A DNA stretch of 64,000 nucleotides, taken from NCBI GenBank assembly GCA_037447605.1, contig CM074805.1:2141361-2205360 (forward strand), written 5' to 3'. Shown here piece by piece: positions 60,001-64,000 of the stretch (position 1 is the stretch's first letter; each line of letters starts with the position of its first letter). Origin of the DNA: Zygnema circumcarinatum SAG 698-1b (Eukaryota > Plantae > Zygnematophyceae). The notes beneath the pieces were generated by a model. The model was not told the origin of the DNA. It was given only the letters and a program-made list of their open reading frames with translations, and made no database searches. The translations under genes were made by a program, and so were the position numbers.

Positions 60001-63000
60001 TAATGATCATCATGCTCCCGTCTACGCCCCAACATGCGCATCTGTAACATGTCAAATACTTAATCGTTATCTTTCCAGTTAAAAGTGAAAGAGACCATGA
60101 AGTTATGTGATGTTACGCACCTAGCAAGAGAATGTCGGCTCCAAAGAGTTGCGCTCGGACAAGTGCCAGCTTCATTTTCCATCCACCAGAAAGCGAAGTG
60201 ATGGGAGAAGTAAGCATTGACTCGGTGAATCCAACGCTTTTCAGCGTCTCCTCAATCTCAGTCTCTGACTTTCCTGCGAGCAGCTTGTCTTTCAACAACA
60301 CATCAACAGGGTTGAAATCGACCAATGACGAGTCAAGGTCATGCTCGACATAAATTGTTTTCAGAACCTCTGCAGGCGGAAAACCATCCAACTTCCCGTT
60401 TGAAATGGCTCGCATTAGTGTTGACTTCCCTGCCCCGTTATGGCCACAAAGTCCATATCTTCTACCCCTCTTCAACCATAGCCGTGTGCTGTTCAGTAAA
60501 ATCTTTCCACCATAGCCTAAAGAAAACTCGCAGTCACAGAGGTCCTCGCCCTCGTCATCATCATCCACTGCTTGGTCACTCTGTCGGCATGACTCCACAA
60601 TCCGAGTTAGGAAAGTTTTGCACACTGTCTCAGAGTCTTCGCCCCAAGGGGCCAAAAATGGTTCCAGGTAGGGTGTCACGCACTTGTTCCATTCTGCGGT
60701 GGACAAAACAAGCCAGGCAAACGTGCATCAAGTAAGTCTAAGCATACATCTGCAGCGTACACTGTTTCAAGAAGCAATCAAAGGAAACGGTATGTGTGAC
60801 AAAATTTTCAAACAAAGACCAAGTGGTGTCTACAGAGCAGCAGCAGCAGCAGCAGGGTAGCGCTATCCATATAAGCCTACGTCCTTCAATGTGCACTGAT
60901 CTCCCAAAATCTCCTCTCAACGTAACTGGGAAAGCCCCACCGGTTGCCTCCAACCTGCTCTCCTCAACTGCTAATTGGGCATAACAAAGGCTTGGCAGAT
61001 GGGCCAGCGAAAAAGCCAAAAAATATCAGGAACTTAGTTCTAGACTTTGTTAGGGTTGAACCTCTTTAACTCTTGCTCTAGTGTGAAAGACAGCCAAGAT
61101 ATGAAGCATGGTCGAGTAATTTTTTTACATTCATACATACTCGGCGTATCTTCAGCCTTCAGCCGCTTCTAAAAAAAAAAGGCAGCCTTGCAATTCGCAT
61201 ACACTATTGAACATTTGATGGTGCAGTTTCTCACCTTCCACTTCAAAGCACTTGCTGATGATGAGTCCAGAGCACATTCTCGCGACATAGTCCAAAGTCT
61301 GTTTAAACAATGGCGCGTCAGCTTCCTCTCGCGCATTTGAGGCAATGACACTCTTAAGTACCGACAACACCACTGCTGGGTCTGCTTTCTTCTCCAACTC
61401 CTTCTGATCAGACTCCTCAACATCTTTCTGCATACTTTTCAAAGCTTTCACCACCTTTGCGCCGGTCGCTCTACACTCTGGATCAGCCACTTCTTCACTC
61501 ACACGCTCCACTCCAGGGAGCAACTGTGGCAAAAAAGGTGCAGCCTCTGATGGATCATCAACAAGTCGGGTCATGTTATCTATGACCACGACTGTACGTC
61601 GTTTCACAATTGTAGCTCGCTCCTTCATTCCTCTAATAAGAAGGGGCACCATAATTGAAAGAGCAGGTGCTTGAACAGCTTGCACGAAGGTAATGCCAGA
61701 CAGCTTGTAGATGCACTCAGGCACCTGGGCCGGTTTGACAATACAGTCAACCAGTTCGGGCACAAACTCTTCGATATCTCGGTTTCCAATTATACTGGCC
61801 ACTTCTGACATAGTCTCATACGCAGCCTTCATTACTTGCTCTTTTCCATCAACCATATATCCCGATAACAGTGGCACAATGTCGGGCAAACACCGAGCAA
61901 TCTGCCGAGGCCCCGTTTTCGCCAGCTGAGACAAAAGGAGAATACTGCCTTCTTGCGCTTTCCAGCTTTTTTTCTGGTTGGCACCGTCAAATATGACTGT
62001 TGACAAAAGCCGTGAAACCCAAACAAATACGAACAAGAAAAAGCACAATCACCTCATTAGAACCATCACATGGCGTCACAGGCATGAAGTTCAGAGCAAG
62101 ATGCACATCAGACAGAAGTGAAGTGTAATTAAAAGGCAAAGAATAAATCCCTCCCACCAGCCCCCCTCTAACTGACATCTCAATCCACCCTAGAATTCAT
62201 ATGACAACTCTAGAAAAAAACCAGCAAAACATGAAGTTACAAAGAATCCCGCGTCTAGAATAAACCCAGCAACCGGTTATTGGAACTCGCAGGTAGAGGG
62301 GCAAATCATTCAGCCAGCACTTCTGAAAATAGGACACATTTGAAGTAAGCTGACCTGGCAGAACAATCTTGATCGCATGTGGGCATAATATGTTCATGAG
62401 CGCCTTCGCAGCGTTCTCTGCAGCTAGTTTCACGGGTACCACTTTGTCGCCTATCCTCTCGAGAAGCATGGGCAGCAACTGGACCAGATGCGGCTCACAC
62501 GTGTGGCCCACTTGTTCACAGAGCGTCGCATACAAAACTAGTGCGCCTTCTCGACCAAGGGCACTTTTTTGGTCATCCATGGCCGCTCTCATTTTGTCAA
62601 AGAGCCCAGACGACTGCAAAAGAAAGCATAAAGAACAACTAAAAAATAAGAAATAAGAACAGAGACAAGGTGTTCAGAAAAAGAAGCTATATCAAAGGAA
62701 CTTGCTGTCCAAACGACAATAACCTAACCGTCCCACCAACCGCCTTCACTTTTTTTTTGCGAATAGAAGATTAGAAGGGACTTGCTTGCAGAGCTTGCTT
62801 CGGTCCCATGGACACATCCGGTACTGTATACACATGCCCAAAGGCAACGGTGCATACATGCCCACAGACAACGGAGAGATCCAGCTTTCAACTGGAACAT
62901 CAAAACACATAGATCTGTATGCAAGCAACTAGAAATTCCAGAGAAGGGTCTGTGATGCATCTAACGCGATCAGTACAGCTTTCTGATCAGTCACGGCTGA

Positions 63001-63681
63001 CTTTCAACCATGGCCCAATCATGGCGAAGCTTCAAAAAAGCGTTGACGATGCTTTCGAGGAGACGAATCAAACCCATTAGCAGGCACGGACCCGCCTATA
63101 CACCTTACAAAACATCGTGAAAGCCTATGCTCGCAAAATACGACTGTTTGAGATGAGAAGCTAAGAAAGTCGTTTGAAACTAAAACAAGCATATACACGG
63201 TCGTATTGACGATCACCAACACGACGGTACGACATACGTAGCTGCAAGACGATCAACCAGAGTCAACGGCACTTGACTATAACATGTGCGTGCTCTTGTT
63301 TAAAAAACAGTTGATGAGCAGTGTATTGTAGAGACTTTAAAAGGTTACATCCGCCCAAGACAAAAATAAATCCTTAGAACGTGGCAGAAAAATCTCTTGC
63401 AGGTTATCCGGAAAAAAACTACTGCAAAATATCCAGCCAACACTCTTCACAGTTTTCATCATTAAGATTCTCAACCACCAAACTCCAAACCATCCCACTA
63501 TCCTCTCCAACGAACACGCCCTACTTTCTCCACACGCCCTCCGCACCTGCAAAACTGCAACGCCGCTTGCTTTCACAGCCGCAGTCAACTCCATGGACGC
63601 GACCCTCCGCTCAGGTAGCGACTGCGCGGCCATGACGCTCTGCCACAAGTCGCCGACCTTCCCGCTGCCATCGCCAGCCAT
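57053..63681 (-). CDS. eEF3: Translation elongation factor 3 (eEF3): HEAT repeats, two ABC cassettes, chromodomain insertion; ~9 exons
   Basis: HEAT region ([17 protein letters not shown]; [14 protein letters not shown]; [19 protein letters not shown]). ABC1 [52 protein letters not shown]2 [21 protein letters not shown] with chromo insert [19 protein letters not shown]|WVGM..NTWLSRE, then [28 protein letters not shown]. Confidence 0.95.
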
Positions 63682-63699
63682 GGCGGATTCGCCTGCGCG

Positions 63700-63707
63700 A
63701 AACCCTA
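63700..63707 (+). promoter_or_regulatory. Telo-box AAACCCTA 19 bp upstream of the eEF3 ATG
   Basis: Exact octamer. A G-box CCACGTGG lies at 63877. Confidence 0.6.
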
Positions 63708-64000
63708 GCAGAGAGGAGCGGAACAGTCGGCCCTGCAGCAGCAGGCAGGCAGGCAGGCAGGCAGGCCCTCCCTCCCTCCCTAACTTGGAGCGCGAGGGGC
63801 GAGTCGGCCGCTTGCAGCACAAAAGGGCAGCCTTTCTCCCTCCCTCCCTCCGTGGGCCCGCGGACCGCAGGAACCGCCACGTGGACGCGGCCAGCGGACG
63901 GCCCAGCGCCACCGCCCGCGGATCGCACGGCTGGCGGCGGCGCGTCAACGCGCAAGGGGCGGGCGGGCGGTGGGCCCGGGGGGCGGCGCCGGCCAATCGC

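Overview
Eukaryotic, gene-dense, intron-containing DNA of a streptophyte, most consistent with a streptophyte alga or seed-free plant. This is inferred from land-plant-type families (At1g01500-like, LEA_3, ATXR4, PUB-type ARM, plant telo-box) occurring together with an eEF3 gene that flowering plants lack. Thirteen spliced or intronless protein genes can be reconstructed: a small YPYVW membrane protein, an At1g01500-like protein, RPL10, an F-box/CxxC protein, LEA_3, two tandem ARM-repeat paralogues, dynein light chain LC8, an ATXR4-like SET protein, an 81-aa orphan, a signal-peptide-bearing acetamidase/formamidase, an intronless GT-B-like type II membrane protein and eEF3. Transposon structure is well resolved. 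There is a three-layer nest of TA-flanked MITEs (14.6-16.1 kb), a MITE cluster (26.7-27.3 kb), and a MITE > Ty3/gypsy LTR element > solo-LTR nest (44.3-53.5 kb). The most interesting leads are a candidate LEA_3/F-box dicistronic unit, a secreted bacterial-type formamidase, eEF3 with a telo-box, the intronless GT-like gene, and an LTR element with gag starting inside the LTR, a 4-bp TSD and near-identical LTRs around a dead interior. No rRNA, tRNA or CRISPR array was found. Several 10-N assembly gaps limit resolution. All family calls come from motif recognition by eye; no database search was run.
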